A stretch of DNA of 64,000 bases from the human T2T-CHM13v2.0 reference genome, Homo sapiens: the NCBI RefSeq assembly GCF_009914755.1, contig NC_060936.1; one strand, given 5' to 3'. The notes under the pieces are model-generated. The model made no database searches. It saw only the letters and a list, made by a program, of their open reading frames with translations, and was not told the origin of the DNA. Position numbers and translations under genes: made by a program. Positions 15,582-31,507 of this stretch are shown here, piece by piece (position 1 is the first letter of the stretch; every line of letters starts with the position of its first letter).

Positions 15582-16120
15582 TATCAGAAGTCTTCAAACC
15601 ACAGCAACTCCATCTTGAATAGGGGCTAGGTAAAATAAGGCTGAGACCTGCTAGGCTGCATTCCCAGGAGGTTAAGGCATCCTTAGTCACAGTATAAGGA
15701 GACTGGCACAAGATGCAGGTCATAAAGACCCTTCTGATAAAACAGGTTGCAGTAAAGAAGCTGGCCAAAACTCACCAAAACCAAGATGGTGATGAGAGTG
15801 ACCTCTGGTCTTCCTCACTGCTACACTCCCACCCGGGCCATGACAGTTTACAAATGCCATGGCAACATCAGGAAGTACCCTATATGTTCTAAAAAGGGAA
15901 GGCATGAATAATCCACCCCGTGGATATAATCAAGAAATAACCATAAAAATGGGCAACCAGCAGCCCTCGGCACTCCTCTGCCCATGGAGTAGCTGTTCTT
16001 TTGTTCCTTTTCTTTCTTAATAAACTTGCTTTCACTTTATTGACTCACCTCGAAATCTTTCTTGGGCAACATCCAAGAACCCTTTCTTGGGGTCTGGATC
16101 GGGACACCTTTCTAGTAACA
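15582..16120 (+). mobile_element. MER41A solo LTR (ERV1)
   Basis: tatcagaag..aaccacagcaactccatcttgaataggggct...aataaacttgctttcac...ggggtctggatcggga..gtaaca. It lacks the MER41B GAS-bearing segment. Confidence 0.9.
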
Positions 16121-16902
16121 TCACTGGGTTAACTGGAGAGGTGTATTTTGCGTGAAATGTAAATTAAAAAGTAGATAAGCAGGAATTTAGCAACACCTTT
16201 CCAAAACCATCCAAGATAAAGAATTCCCTGACTCCTGTGCCTTCCTACTCAATTCTCATGCATATTCATCCTTGAGAACAGCCTGCCTTCTCCTAAACAC
16301 AACAGTCAGTTAGCTCATCTGATAACCCAGCCTGCTCTGATTTTATGCTCAACAAGTCATCTTCCAAATTTAAGACAGTTTCCCATATAGTAGTTACTGA
16401 GTAGCCAATATGAATATCACAGTTGTCTTTACTGTTGTAGTTTTTATTGTCAGTCGGCATTCTGAGACCCACACTGAACAGCCAGCTAGCCTCTTAAAAT
16501 TGTATCTCATGCTTGTCTTTCTCAAACTGGAAAGTAGCAATTCTCTTTCAACTTCAAAGCAAATCTGCAAGTATTTTTCAAGCAAATAATCTATGGCCAA
16601 GACCTAACTAAGCACTATCAAAAATAATACAATCTGCATTAAAGGTTTATTTCAAGAAGGCTGAATTTTATTTACAGAAATAACTAAACAGCAATATAGG
16701 ATGGTGTATAAAATCACAGTTTATTATAGGGAGAAAGAACAGTAATCTAAAAACTGTCAAATTGATTCAGCTACGACAACAACAACAACAAAAGCCAGGT
16801 ACAGTAATTAGTTCTTATTCCAACTATTTTTCAAATAATCGATAATCATATATATAATTTAAGTGATCTAAATAAATATATGTCCTGAAATAAGTACCTT
16901 AT

Positions 16903-17240
16903 TGAGAGAGTCAGGTGGGAGGGGGTCCCTGGCAAAACTCCAACCAGCCTGTGCACTGGGAATGCACACTGTGGTGGAGCCATAGTTTGCCCCATTTGCA
17001 GCGGGGAGGAGCCTGGCCACTCCTCTTCCTGCGTAGAACCTGAGATTCAAATTGCCAGATAGGAAGCAGCCCAGTAGGGACCCTGGCTTTACAGAGAGTC
17101 TCTGTTTCCCCTTTTTTTTTTCCTTTTTGCCAACTACATCCCATTTTTCTCCCTCCTCGAATTGTCTGTGAGCCTAAATTTTCATGGCCATGGGACAAGG
17201 ACCCTGTCTTTAGCCAAACTAAGGAAAAAATCCTGCAATA
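16903..17240 (+). mobile_element. MER61A-type solo LTR (ERV1)
   Basis: tgagagagtcaggtgggagggggtccctgg...ctaaggaaaaaatcctgcaata, with a perfect 4-bp TSD ttat/ttat. Confidence 0.78.
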
Positions 17241-18720
17241 TTATTTTTAAAAAGCTAAGTATTTTGTCTATTATATTTATATGTATTAAGGATTTAATAG
17301 TAGAAAATAAAAACTTTGAATTCTTCATATGTATAATGAGCAAAACATGATGTATTTAAAGTAAAAAGTGACTTGTGAGTTAATCCTAAAGTTGCAGGCA
17401 TGCTACTCACTCTTTCCTGCTCAGCAGATAAAATCACCTAATAAATATTCTTGTTAAAAAATCCTTTAAAAGGGAAACAAATATCATTATCCTTCCACAG
17501 ATGAAATTTGAAAAAGACGACCTGTGTGTGAATTTTAAAGTTAATAGTTTCAGAGTAAAGGCAATTTTGCTATTTGTGATCTTTTTAAAGTTCTAATTTA
17601 ATTAAAAAATTAGAAATTTTTAAAGTTCTAATTCAATAAAAAAAAACATACAAGATACTTGTTTTAGGGGTTAAGTCCTCAACTTGGAGACATAAAATTA
17701 ATTCCAAAAAGCACTGTGACCAGAAGTGAAACAACACATTAAAAAATCTACTGCTGTACCTTGAGTGCAATTTTTCTATTTAATTTTCAACAGGAATGGA
17801 AATATAGTTTGTAAATAGAGCCCAACAAAAAATATTTAATTTTCTATAGGGACAAAAATACAGTTTATAAGTAGAGCCAAACAATGCTTTATCATTTTGC
17901 AAACACTGTCCAGAATAAATTTTCCACATGTGGACAGAGACCAGTATCTCTGAATCATAATGTCCCCTGCAAATTGCCCTGTGTCAATAAACAGAATGAT
18001 TCTGGTTTTAATTAAAATTTTGTAAATTATTAAGGGCCTTTTATTTATCTATTTTTCAGGGTAGTCTCTGGACCACTGATAGCCTGCAAAGTCTTTACCA
18101 AATGTTGCTTAGGCAGCTACAGAAACTAACTAGCACAAGCTTGCACATAAGTGGGGCCCGTTGAATGAACAAAGAGTTTTAGTCTCCAATCTAAAGCACC
18201 ATCTTTTTTCACTTTAGGTAAGGTTAGGTGTTTTATTATAGAAGGCAGAGTAGAAGGGGAATCTAGCATTTGGGGCCTTTGCTCTAATAGGTAATCCATT
18301 AACTGAAAATCCCTGAGAGTGACAGCATCACTGAGCCCCGTGTCACTGAACCATGCCCACGGCCTTTATTTAGGGCATTATGTTATCTTATGGACTGGAA
18401 TCAGAAAGTTATTTGTATGTATATATATTTTTTAATGTACATACACACAAAATGGTTTTCAGAATTTTTTTTATGAAGACAAGGAAATCAAAACTTTTTT
18501 TGAGCAACTGAAAGCAAATTTAATCTTTGGAAGTGATTTAAATGCAATGTTTAATTCTCTCTGATTCATTCATTCTTTTATTCACTGAATAAACAATACC
18601 CTGAGAAATTTAACATAACACACTTCAGGAAAAAATATTTTTCCCAAAACTACAATTTCTATAGCAAGGGGAGCCAAACTGTGTACAGGCAAAAAGGAAA
18701 GGTTTAGAAATGAAAAAAAA

Positions 18721-19024
<304 letters not shown>

Positions 19025-19825
19025 TTAAAACCGAAACTTACTAAAAAGCCGAAGTCAGCTAGCATCTAAGATACCAAGTAATTCTGAAGGATAGGGTCAT
19101 TGGAAAGTACTTAACAAGATTATCTGGCTTTCAAGAAAGTTAAGAATAATTGACTTTCAGATTTGAAGCTGCACAAATAGACTAAAAAATTCAGTTCAAC
19201 AGCTTCCTCTGGTAGCCTGAATATACAGCAAGAACTTTATCATAAATGACAGATATTACCCAACAGACACTAGGGATAAAAGAAATTTTAAGTTATTTTT
19301 CAGTTTCTGCTGAAATTGGTTGTTCAAAGTACTTATTACTACTGTTAAGCTGAAAAGGCCAGTTATAAAATTATAGTTTCAACCTTTGCATGGGTGAATT
19401 TGGGTTAGACACTAACAGAAATTTGAGGAGAGGAGAATTAACTGTAAAATTTTTTATATTCGTTCTGAAGCATTCAACCGTGATTGATATCCTTGGAAAC
19501 TACTTAAAAAGAAACCTATGCTTTGTCAGAACTTGACATGTCAGAGCTCTGGTTAGCCTGAGATAAATACAAGAACCTACGGGTTTGAAGTAATGGAGGG
19601 TTAACTCAGGGTAATGCAAGCTTTCAGAAAAAGATACAGAATGCAATTCCTGATTTCAGCTGGAAAAGGGAAACATGTTTATGCTTTAAAAAAATGGAGA
19701 AAAAAAAGAGACTGAGAGCAGGATATGGGTCTTCTTAAAAACCTAAATCTCAGGTACAAAACTAAATTCATTACCTTTTCCCCAATCTTATGGCTCCTGT
19801 ATTTTCTGTCCTAGTAAATGACAAC

Positions 19826-20331
19826 TGTGAAAGAAAAATAATGGACACCCAAACATATCAGGTCCAAATCCCTGGAACCTGTAAATGTGACCTTATTTGG
19901 AAGAGGTCTCTGCAGACGTGATTAAACTATAAATCCTGAGATGAGTAGATTACCCTGGATTATCTTGGAAGGCCAAAAATTCAATCACATATATCATATA
20001 TAAGAGGAAGGCAGAGGGAGATTTGACACTTACAGAAGAGACAAGACAGTGACAGCACAGAGAGAGTTGTAGATTTTGGCCTTGAAGATTAGAGTGATGC
20101 AGTCACAAGCCAAAGCATGCTAGCAGCAACCACCAGGAGCTGGAAAAGGCAAAGAATGGATTGTCCACTAGAGCAGCTGGAGGGACATCAGCCCTGCCAA
20201 CACCTTGATTTCAGCCCGGCAATACTGATTTAGGACTTTTGGCATCCAGACCTGTGAGAAAATAAATTTCTGTTCTTTTAAGCCAACAAGGTTGTGGCAA
20301 TTTATTATAACAGCCACAGGAAACGAGTACA
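19826..20331 (+). mobile_element. MLT1D-type MaLR LTR within L2 remnant
   Basis: tgtg...aatccctggaacctgtaaatgtgaccttatttgg...ccagacctgtgagaaaataaatttctgttcttttaagcc...ggaaacgagtaca, about 505 bp. Confidence 0.85.
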
Positions 20332-21802
20332 GCCAGTAACACTGTCCAACCTCTCCTCCAAGCAAGACGCCTCAGTAACAGGTCATCTTGTCTCCCATAT
20401 CCCAGTTCATTCACCAAGACACCTCCAGGAGAAAGCTCTCTACTGTAAACGCTTGAGCAAATGCCTCGCTTGCAAAAAACCCATTACCTCCAGAAATTCC
20501 AAACTCCGTAACACTGCACTGAGCACCTGCCACATTCTGACCCCTGGCTATGTCTCCAGCTGCACCTCTATCCATATTATTTCTTACAGACTTTGCTTCC
20601 AGACACTTCAGATTCTTTGCAGTCCCTCAAATGAATCCTGCCTCACACTTCTCTACACTTAGACGTTTTACCCATAGCATTCTGTTTCCCAAAATTTCCT
20701 CACCAACCCCTTTCCTGCTAGGAAATGAGAATTCCTCTTTCAGCCTCTCTCCATGGCTCTGTCCTAGCATGCAGAACTGATTATTTCCCCCAGGTGCCCC
20801 ATCACACTCAACAAGAATCTGTATCACAAATTGCACACCTACTATTTATTTACTAAGTGCCAGGCGCTGAGCTGGGCATTTAAATAAATCATTTCACTTA
20901 ACCCTCACCATAATCCTACCAAGTAGCAATTATTAGCAGGATCCATTTTCCAAATAAGTTAATCAAATTCAGAGAGGTTAAATAAAGTGGCCAAAGTCAC
21001 AGAAAAGGCAAACACTTGGAGGCGGCTTTGCAAATTTTCTATTGATTTCTGAATTTGATTTTGATTTTTGATGTCTGTTTTTGTTACACTATTCATCTAT
21101 ATCATTCAGAACAAAATGAAATGAGCTGCAAATAATGTTATTATTTAGCATCATTTCAGAGACTCTACAGAGAAAGATATAAAATAAAAATTAGGCAGTA
21201 TTGGAAAGAGAAAAATTAAATTACTTGCAGAAGATTTAATTTTGTACACAGAAAAAAGCAAGAGAATTAACAAATAAAAGCTTTTTAAATTAATAAGATA
21301 ATTCAGTAGAGTGATTGGGAGCTTGATGAATACATAATAGTCAATAATTCTCCTGGGTATCAACTGTTCATCATTCTATCCAACTAGGCTGTTTAGTAGT
21401 GATATGTTGCCTTCAATTGCTGAAGTATGTGAGCTATGCAGCTCTCACTATAACCTCACTCCAAAATAGTATGTTACCAAGAAAGCAAGTCTCAGGCCAA
21501 ATTGTGCCAAAGTGACAAATATTCATTACCAAGAAGAACTCAAAACAGTCACACAGTGTACTCCATCAGTTTAATCAACTTCCAGCTCCCTGTCCTTTCA
21601 GACACTCTAAATAGCACCTTCAGGCAGATGTGACAATATTCTGTTGACAGTGTCTAACTTTCTGGTCAGATAAGTGTAGAGAATTCTCTAAACATTTATA
21701 TCCATTACCTAAGGCGTCCCTAGGCCTACGGCACCACTCTAAAGGTCACTAGGCATGTATCTCCCGTTCACTTGAGCAATATTTCTAGCTAATCCACAGT
21801 AT

Positions 21803-22530
21803 CTTTTTATAACAGTTTTATTCAGAGGTAAATGAAATACTATAAAATTTGCCCTTTTAAAGTGTACAATCCAGTGGTTGATAGTATATTCACAGAGTTG
21901 TGCAACTACTACCACTATCTAATTTTAGAATATTTTCCTCTCTCCTCCCACCAAAAACACCCTGAACCCATCAAAAATCACACCCTATTCCACTTCCCCG
22001 AGCCCCTGGTAACCACTAATCTTTCTGTCTCCATGTATTTGCCTATTCTGAGCATTTCATGTAAATAGAATCATGATCATATACAATATGTGCTCTTTTT
22101 GTGACTAGCTTCTTTCAAGTACATGATGTTTTGAAGATTCAGCCATGTTGTAGTATCTGTCAGTACTTCATTCCGTTTTATTGCCAAATCATATTCTATT
22201 GTATGGATATACTACTTTGGTTCATCGATTCATAGATATTTGGGTTGTTTCTATTTTTTGGCTATTATGAATAATACTGCAATGAAGATTTGTACAAGTT
22301 TTTATGCGGACATATGGTTTCACTTCTCTGGGGTACATACCTAACAGAATTGCTGGGTCCTATGGTAACACTATTTTTAAAATCTGAAAAAACTGCCAAA
22401 CTATTTTCCAAAGTGACTGCATTATATTACATTCCTACCAGCAATATATAATTGTTCCAATTTCTCCACATCCTCTCCAATGTTATTGTCAGTCTTTTTT
22501 TTTATAATTGTATAGTGGTATGAAGTAGTC
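21803..22530 (-). mobile_element. L1MB-type 3' end
   Basis: ttttaaagtgtacaatccagtgg...ccctggtaaccactaatct...ctattttccaaagtgactgc...cattcctaccagcaa, the reverse L1M 3'UTR. Confidence 0.85.
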
Positions 22531-23485
22531 AATCCACATACCTGATCACCACACGTTTTATCAGTTTGGTTTTTTTAAGCCTAACATCCATTGTAATTAC
22601 AAAACGCTCTCGTGTTGATAAAGGGTAAAGACAGTCTACCAGTTAGGAGTAGCCACTTCCAGAGCATGAGCTACTGATTAAACTTCCAATGCTAACTCCC
22701 CACACCCAAAGTATATAAAACTGATTAGGATCCTTGAGATTTAACTCTACAGTCTAACACACACATCTATATGACACTCTCTGCTGAAATATTTTAAAGT
22801 AAATTACAGAGAAAAATCATCAACCACAATCAATTGAAAAAAAGATGAAGAAAATGTAACATATTATTTTAAAATTTTGGCATAAAGGATACTTTCTAAG
22901 CTTTATATGAAGCCTAGAGAAAAAATTAATTTATATGATAATGAATGTATTTTAAACTTATATACAGAAAATGATATAATAATTAAACTCAAAATGCAAC
23001 ATTTGTTACATATATCATATACAAGACTGTTAAGGCTATAAATATACAAAGCATTCTCTAAATTAATGAGAAAAAAGTATAAGCACCCCAAAAGAAAAAT
23101 GACTTAAAGAAGTGAATTGGCATTTTATAAGAGGAAGAAATATATTTGGTCACTCACATTTTAAATAAAGTTCATCCTGAATAATGAGCAATGACATGCA
23201 AATAAAATAAATAAGATAATGCTCTACTGTGAGACAGACAAATATTAGCTGCATGAATAGAACTCATTTAGTTGTAAGTTACAGAAGAAAAGGGAAATTT
23301 ACGGTGAAAATACAGATATTTTATACAGCCCAGATTCAGGCATGTAGCTGACCCTGTGAGAAGAACGAAAACAAGGGCAGAAATATCCAAACTGCTTTTC
23401 TGTGTGCAAGTATTATCTATTTCAATCTTTTTTTTTTAACTGCTTCCTCTACTTCTCTAAACTACATGATGGGAAACATAGATGC

Positions 23486-23867
23486 TGATATTGTTTGGCT
23501 CTATGTCCCCACCCAAATCTCAGGTAGAATTGTAATCCTCAATGTTGGAGGAGGGGCCGGGTGGGAGGTGACTGGATCATGGAGGCAGTCCTCCCCCTTC
23601 TGTTCTTGTGATAGTGAGTTCTCAGGAGATTTGGTTGTTTAAAAGTGTGTAGTACTTCCCCCTTCTCTCTCTCTCTCCTGCTCCACCATGTAAAGACGTG
23701 CCTGCCTCCCCTTGTGCCTTCCACCATGATTGAAAGTTTCTGGAGGCCTCCCCAGCTATGCTACCTGTACAGCATACAGAACGGTGAGCCAATTAAATCT
23801 CATTTCTTCATAAATTACCCCCAGTCTCAGGTAGTTCTTTACAGCAAGGGGAGAACAGGCTAATATA
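23486..23867 (+). mobile_element. MSTA/THE1D-type MaLR LTR
   Basis: tgatattgtttggctctatgtccccacccaaatctca...gagccaattaaa...ataaattacccc..gctaatata. 5-bp TSD gatgc/gatgg. Confidence 0.88.
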
Positions 23868-24019
23868 GATGGCTGGGGTTATTAGCTTCATATTTTATAA
23901 TTCTGGCACCCAAGAAGAGACTGCCAGCTTTTCCCCACTTCAGTACAATCACCAGATCTCATGGACTTGTCATCACCTGGCAGGGTGCCACCTCTGAACA
24001 GTCATTACAACTGGGAACC

Positions 24020-24190
24020 ACCAGTTCCACCATTTACTAGCTGTGTAAACTAAAACTCTCTAGGCTTCAGTTTTCTTATCTGTAAAAAAGGAGATGATCA
24101 TAGTATCCTCCTCATAGAGTTGTTTGAGGAGTAAGTAAGTAAATATAAAGTGCTTAGAGCAAACCCAGCATATAGTAAATATTGGAAAAA
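24020..24190 (+). mobile_element. MIR
   Basis: ccatttactagctgtgt...cttcagttttcttatctgtaaaa...aaagtgcttagagca. Confidence 0.75.
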
Positions 24191-26749
24191 CTATCTAGAG
24201 GCAAAGGCAAAGAGAATAATGTAGAGTGGGTGTGCAATGCCCTAAATTAAGTGATAAAGCCCTAAACTGTGATTAAGGAAAAAGGTCAAATTCATTCGAA
24301 AATATTCATTCATGCTTTCTTTCAACACAGATTTATTGGGCATGTATTATGTGCCAGGCACTACTAGAGTAGTGTATGGGAATAGTTAAGCCCTGATCTC
24401 AAGTCCACTTTGTAGAAGAAAGAAGAGATGTAATGTGAGCCTAAGGCTGCTCCTCCAAGTTCCTTTTGCCTTCTATGAAATTAAAAGGGGCCAAAGAGCC
24501 TCCTGGTAAAATGAAAAATGAATCCTCTTGATATCTTTTTAAGTTTATACTGTCGGCCCAGCCAGGGTCTGGTGGAAGGAATATATAATAGGAAACTCTG
24601 AGAGGAATTTCTTTACAAAAGAAGGTAGAGCTCAGATGGGAGACCCAGATTCAGAGACAAAGACAGGCCCACACAGTCTGGAGCCTGGAACTGTGGGGTG
24701 TGTGCCCACAGAGCAAAAAAGTTGTGAATATATGGATTTAAAGAAATGACGACACCCAGGGAGTCTTTGGTAAGGAGGACTTCTGACTGAGACTGAACCT
24801 AGAAGGACCACATAGAACCACAAAGATCTGGTAAATCAAGAGAGACAAGCACCAGGAGGCAATGAGCAGAGTTACATACAGGGTTACAGGGACAGCAGAC
24901 AGCAAGGTCTCATGCCAGGCCTTGTAGCAATAGGACATTACTGCAACTTCCCAGTGGCACTGTCAACAGCAATGTTTTAACAACAGCAGTGAAGGCTCCA
25001 TGGAGGCAGACAGATAGGAAGAGGGGTATATTGAGACCACAGCTGAGATCATTCCCTTGGAGAGATGCTCTCCAGGCAGGGGGTACTAGGCCTGAAAAGC
25101 AGCAGCTAGGTTCAGGTATTAATATCTGAAGCCAAAATCCAAGGAAAAAAACTCGACTTCCATCTTACGTAAGTCATTGTAAAATAAATATGAATGGAAA
25201 TATGCCTTATATGCCTCTAAATAAATGCACAAAGAGATATCTGCTTGGCCTGACCTATTGCTGGGTAAGAAAGTTGGGGTGATTTGTACTTTCTCCTTTG
25301 CTCTTTTCAACATAATTTGATTTTTTTTTGCATATTTTTACAACTTTATCTTCATGAAGTGATCTACTGTTTTCCAAATATTTCAGTTGAATATCTGTAT
25401 AAAAACAAGAATTCCTTGCTAAGCTATTGAAACTTTCAAAACACTTTATTAATATTATCTCAAACAATCCTTATACAACTGTATCAGAAGGAATTTCTAT
25501 AAACAGAAGCACAAGGAAACTAACTTATCTGAACTCTCAGAGTAAAGTATGGAGTTGCCGTTTAAATCCAGATCTTTCTGGCTCTAAACTTTTGCTAAGC
25601 CTGTAATACATTACACCATTCCCTAACTACGTTACAACACTTGAGATTATATATCATTATTTTTCTCAGTCTCTCCTCCTGCCCACTCTAAAAGCAGTAA
25701 CCACATTTCAGCTCACTTGCTAACAGCTAAGTGGACAATGATCCTCCAAATATTTTACACAATTAGCTAGATTAGCAGTCTTTTAGGGTTTATTGCTTTT
25801 CCCAGAGTCAGTGCAATGGATCACTTGTCCAAGAAGCAAGAGCTGATGACTGTGATGTGCCTACAGATCTCCACTAAGTAGAAAGCTGGAGGCTAACATC
25901 ACTCTACCCAACATCAGCTCACATACTGCTGCCTTCCAAGCACCACTCCCAAAATATATTGATCATATGACTGGATTTTCTAACATTTTGTTCCTTTGTC
26001 TATTAGCTGTAGAATAATATGTTGCTTCTATAATGGAGGAAAAGTCATGTATATTCAGGCTCAACATTTCAACATTTCAAAAGAAAATCTTTATCTATAT
26101 GCAAGGTTGTCTTGAGCCAGCTCTCTTTAAGATGCATAAAATAATACATAGGCTATGACAATGAAAACAATAACATGCTTGTAAAGGTAAGGCTAGATTG
26201 GCAAGGTTGGTTTTTTTCTTCCTCCAGATTTTAAGCAATATCTTCTGTAATTTCTTTGGACCATTGGACAATTCAGAAGTACCTAGGAGTAATCTGAGAT
26301 TTGCAGACTCAATAACAGAATTTAAACAGAAGAAGGAACTAATCCAAATGGGAATATGTAGGTCAGCATAAATGATCAGCTGAGATACAGGAGAATGAAA
26401 ATGACTTCCTAATATGTATGTTTCATCCTTATCAGAAGTGAGTAGAACAGAAGTGTGCCCTGACTCAAAGGCTCTCATCTCGGCCCCAAAACCAACAAAA
26501 CAACAATGGAAACAAAATCTCAGTAGCAGCCCATCCTACCTACAGTTCTACAAGTCCTAAAAAAACCACTGAATGAAACAGGCATAGGCAATTGCTTCGC
26601 TATGTCTCCTTCATCCTGCCTTTTTACAATTGATTTTTTTTCAACTCAATTAATACTATACTCTTTCTGGCCTTCAGGCCTTCCAGCCATGGTTCCTGTT
26701 CATATGTGATGTGCCTTTCTTCTACTAACGTTCCTTTCTTCAACTATAT

Positions 26750-27600
26750 ATTGAATAAATAATTATCAAGCACTTTCTATATGCAATACACTGGACTAGA
26801 AGCTAAGTGGGATGCAAAGCTGAATAAGACATGATTCTTATCCTATGAGAATTTACAGTTTAATAGCTGTCTGACACTCATTCAAATGTTGATTCAACCA
26901 GCACTAGGTTATTAAGTGCCAGATAAAGGATTTAGTGTTGGAGACCATGATATGAACACATTGGGCTCCAGGCCCTAGATTATTTATATTCCATTAAGGA
27001 GACAGATTTATAAACAAATATGTGCAGTGAAATGTGGAATATGTATAATAAATTCATTACAAATTAGAGAAAGGGAGGGGTGGGCAAGTCAATCTGAAGG
27101 ATCAGGAAAAGTCTTCATAGTATGAGTGATGCTTGAACTATCGGCAGAGTCCATCAGGTGAGATAACAACGTGAGGCCAAACTGTTCCTACCAGAGAGAA
27201 CCACAGTGTGAACATCATGGTTTTCTCAGGAAACACAGGTGTCTGAAGTGACTTAGAGTTTAGGAAAGAGTTTAGAGGCAAAAGTGGAGAAGGGGAGGGT
27301 GGTGGGACATAGAGAGAAAGAGATGAGGCTGAAAATTTAAGTCAGGGTTTGGAAGATCCTGATGACTCATTATACAGGCAACTAGAGGGTCTTAAACAAG
27401 GGAGTAATAGTATGATGTCATTTGCCCTTTTTGAGTACAACTCTACCAGCTCAAAGTACAGGATTCCTGGCGAGGAGGAGAAGGTTGGCCAGAGATTGTG
27501 AGGTTGGAAGAGTCAAGGAACTTGTGCATAGTCTTTGCATGGGTCAGACTGGCCTGGACCTAGTTAGCAGAATGGTCAGCCATGTTAAAGAGACGATACG
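26750..27600 (-). mobile_element. L2 fragments
   Basis: Reverse L2 3'-type phrases (caagcactttctatatgc, gaataagacatgattc, agatgaggctgaaaa). Boundaries are approximate. Confidence 0.55.
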
Positions 27601-28675
27601 GAAGTAGAAGGAATGGGAGGATGAGGCCTGAGGCTCAACTGACAGAAGTTTTACTGGGGTATTGGGGGCATAGAGAAAATGATGGGGAGGACTTAGTCCC
27701 TTGTAGGAAAGCAACCTAGAATTTTCAGGAGTGCCCATAAGTAGTTCGCAAAACCTCTGAAGCAATTTTGATGGTGCCTCTTGTTGACAATAGCTGGTTT
27801 AGACCATGCTGCCAAAATGAAAATGACACAACCACACAACAGTTGCATTTTTTAAATCACAGCATTTTATATATGTGCTGGAAATTGTTCATCAATCATC
27901 ATCATCTTCACCTTGTATTACCATTTATTGACCTCATTGAAACAAAGTGGCTTTATAATTTTCTTTTTTTTTCCTAATTTTATAGCTATAGCCACTAATG
28001 AGGTCTGTTTCTCTGGAAAGACTTGATGTAATCAGGGATGACAACATTTTAGGCTAAATATAATCGACTGAGCACTTAGATACTTCAGCTGTTACAAGCA
28101 CTTAGGAAATTACTTAGGCCATCCAAGGAAACTTTATAGCCAGACAAGTGTAGGAAAGACATGATTTATGGATAGTGACTTGACTTAAGTAAACTTCCTC
28201 ATTTTTAACTTGAACATGTGTAAACAAGTTCTGTCTTTTCCTTTTTTTATAGAAAGCATTGTTTTCCATCTTCTCATCCTTGACACTTTTCTTTAGTTGG
28301 ATTTTGACTTTTCTAAAATTTTATTTTACATTGTGTGGCACAAAATTTAAATTGGTGATAAAAAAAAATACAGAGTCTGGAAGAAGTACATTAGCATATA
28401 AGCAAATTTTTGCTTCCTCAAGTGGCCAGGCCACCAAACAGCTCTTCTTACCCTAAATTATACCCAAGTGAAACCATCACGTGCTGCTGCACTTTATTAG
28501 TTCACCAAGTACTTTAAGACATATTTTTCCCCAAGACAAAAGTCTTCCTTGAGTAAAAGATATGTTCACTTATTTTTCTACTTAGGTATTTTATATAGGA
28601 TATCACACATGCAAATTGTCTCCTTTTTTTGGGTAGTATTCATGCCCAGATTAAGCGAATTATCTGTCAACATTT

Positions 28676-29021
<346 letters not shown>

Positions 29022-29227
29022 AAATTATCCGTCAATATTTAGAATGTACTGTGGCCACCTCTAAAATTAGCTTTGCTCTGCTTGAGGACAATGTGTTTTA
29101 ATTTAAATTTATTTGTTTCTCATTTCTTCACAAATAAAACTTTGTAGAACGTTATATAAACAAAGATTAAATAATTATATCTTTACTGAATAGCAAAATC
29201 AGGCAGGCATTTCAGTGTTCTCACTAA

Positions 29228-29541
<314 letters not shown>

Positions 29542-30956
29542 TAAACTAATATTTTTAAGGGTATAAACATATAATGTATAAACATATTCAAATTCATAGA
29601 TGTCCACATTCATTCTTCCAATCTATCAAGTGGCAAACATTTATTGAAAACCTTTCATGTGCAAAGCACAAAGTCTGGTTTTGTAATAATCAATGATAAA
29701 ACAAATAGATATTTTTAAACTTGGTTGGGGAGACAGGCGTGCAAAAACCTAAAAAATTTTAAGTCAAAATAAAACAAAAAGAATGTACAAGAAATGTTGT
29801 CTGGGAACTCCAAGGAAGCAACAATTAATTCCAATTTCAAGAATCTAGTAAAATATCACAAATTGCACTGAGTGAGGTAAATCTTGACAACCAGGCAAGG
29901 AGAGCCACAAATGGGGGAAAGGCTTCTCAGGCTGTAGGAAAGTGTCAACAAGGGTGGAGAAAGGGAAGACACAAAGGAACGTGGGGATTAACACCTAGTC
30001 CACTTTGGCTGGTGCCCATGTCTGAGATAAGGCTGGGAAAGGAATCTGGGCAGGATGAGTAAGTACTCTGAACACATGCTAGCATACTTGGACTTTACTC
30101 TGTAAACAAAGGGGACACGCTGAAACAGTGGAAGTTTCTGCAAAGAAAAATCATGCAATTCAACCTTTGTTTACAAAGCTAACTAAACATGTGAAGCTCA
30201 CTACATGTGTGAAGAAGAGGAAAAATGATTACTTCTTGAGCCAGAGTGGAGACAGCAGAAATGGAAAGGAGGTGACCGACACTTTGGAGAATGGAATAAA
30301 CAAGTCTTGGTGACTGATAAGGTGATTTTAAAAGTACCGAAACCATTCATAAAGCTTATGAAATATAGTAAGTCAAGCATTATAATGGTAGGGAAGTAAT
30401 AGCATACATGACTCACAGTGTTGGCTTATTTCATTTTGAAAGTCAACTGTTCCAGAAAGCCCAGGTAGCCCACACTCAGTGACAACTGATCAGAGGAAGC
30501 ACACAAGACTGAATCCATCTGACAATTTTACTAAAAACTCTCTAGTTGCCAAAGAGACCTAAATGATTTTTTAAAAGTAACATATTAGAAAAGTAAATTA
30601 CTGAAAAGGCACCGATATCTATTCATATCAAACACTGTTCATTTCCATGAATACAGTTTGTTATAGATTTCTGTTGAGAGAAAAAACTAGAACAGCAACA
30701 GCAGAACTTGACAACTCTTGGGGAGAATATTAAGGAAAATGAGGACGTTGAAATAGCAAGTAGTTGGTGTTAGAAATAATCTAACATAATAGTTCTTTAA
30801 AAAAAAAACCTTAGACACTTGAATTAGAGCCTACATTTTTAAAGTCTCATGATCACACAAAGGTTTAAGAGCCTATGTCTAGAAAATCAAGTGTAATATG
30901 GCAACAAAGTTAAACTGTTTGGAGGAAATTAAGGTTTTCTAAATATATGTTAACAC

Positions 30957-31507
30957 TGTCAGAGGTGTTTGAACCAGAGCAACTCCATCTTGAATAGGGG
31001 CTGGGTAAAATAAGGCTGAGACCTGCTGGGCTGCATTCCCAGGAGGTTAAGGCATTTAGTCACAGAATAAGATAGAAGTTCAGCACAAGATACATGTCAT
31101 AAAGACCTTGCTGATAAAACACACTGCTATAATGAAGCTAACCAAAGCCCACCAAAACCAATATGACAATGAGAGTGGCCTCTGGTCATCCTCACTGCTA
31201 CACTCCCACCAGCGCCATCACAGTTTACAAATTCCATGGCAACATGAGCAAGTTACCCTCTATGTTCTAAAAAGGGGAGGCATGAATAATCCACCCTTGG
31301 TTTAGCATATAATCAAGAAATAACCATAAAAATGGGCAACCAGCCACCCTGGTGCTGCTCTGCCTATGGGTTAGCCCTTCTTTTATTCCTTTACTTTCTT
31401 AATAAACTTGCTTTCACTTTACTGTATAGACTCACCCTAAATTCTTTCTTTCACGAGATCCAAGAACCCTCTCTTGGTGTCTGGGTCGGGAGCCCTTTGC
31501 AGTAACA
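30957..31507 (+). mobile_element. MER41A solo LTR (ERV1)
   Basis: tgtcagaggtgtttgaaccagagcaactccatcttgaataggggctggg...gtaaca. Clearly homologous to 15582-16120. Confidence 0.92.
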
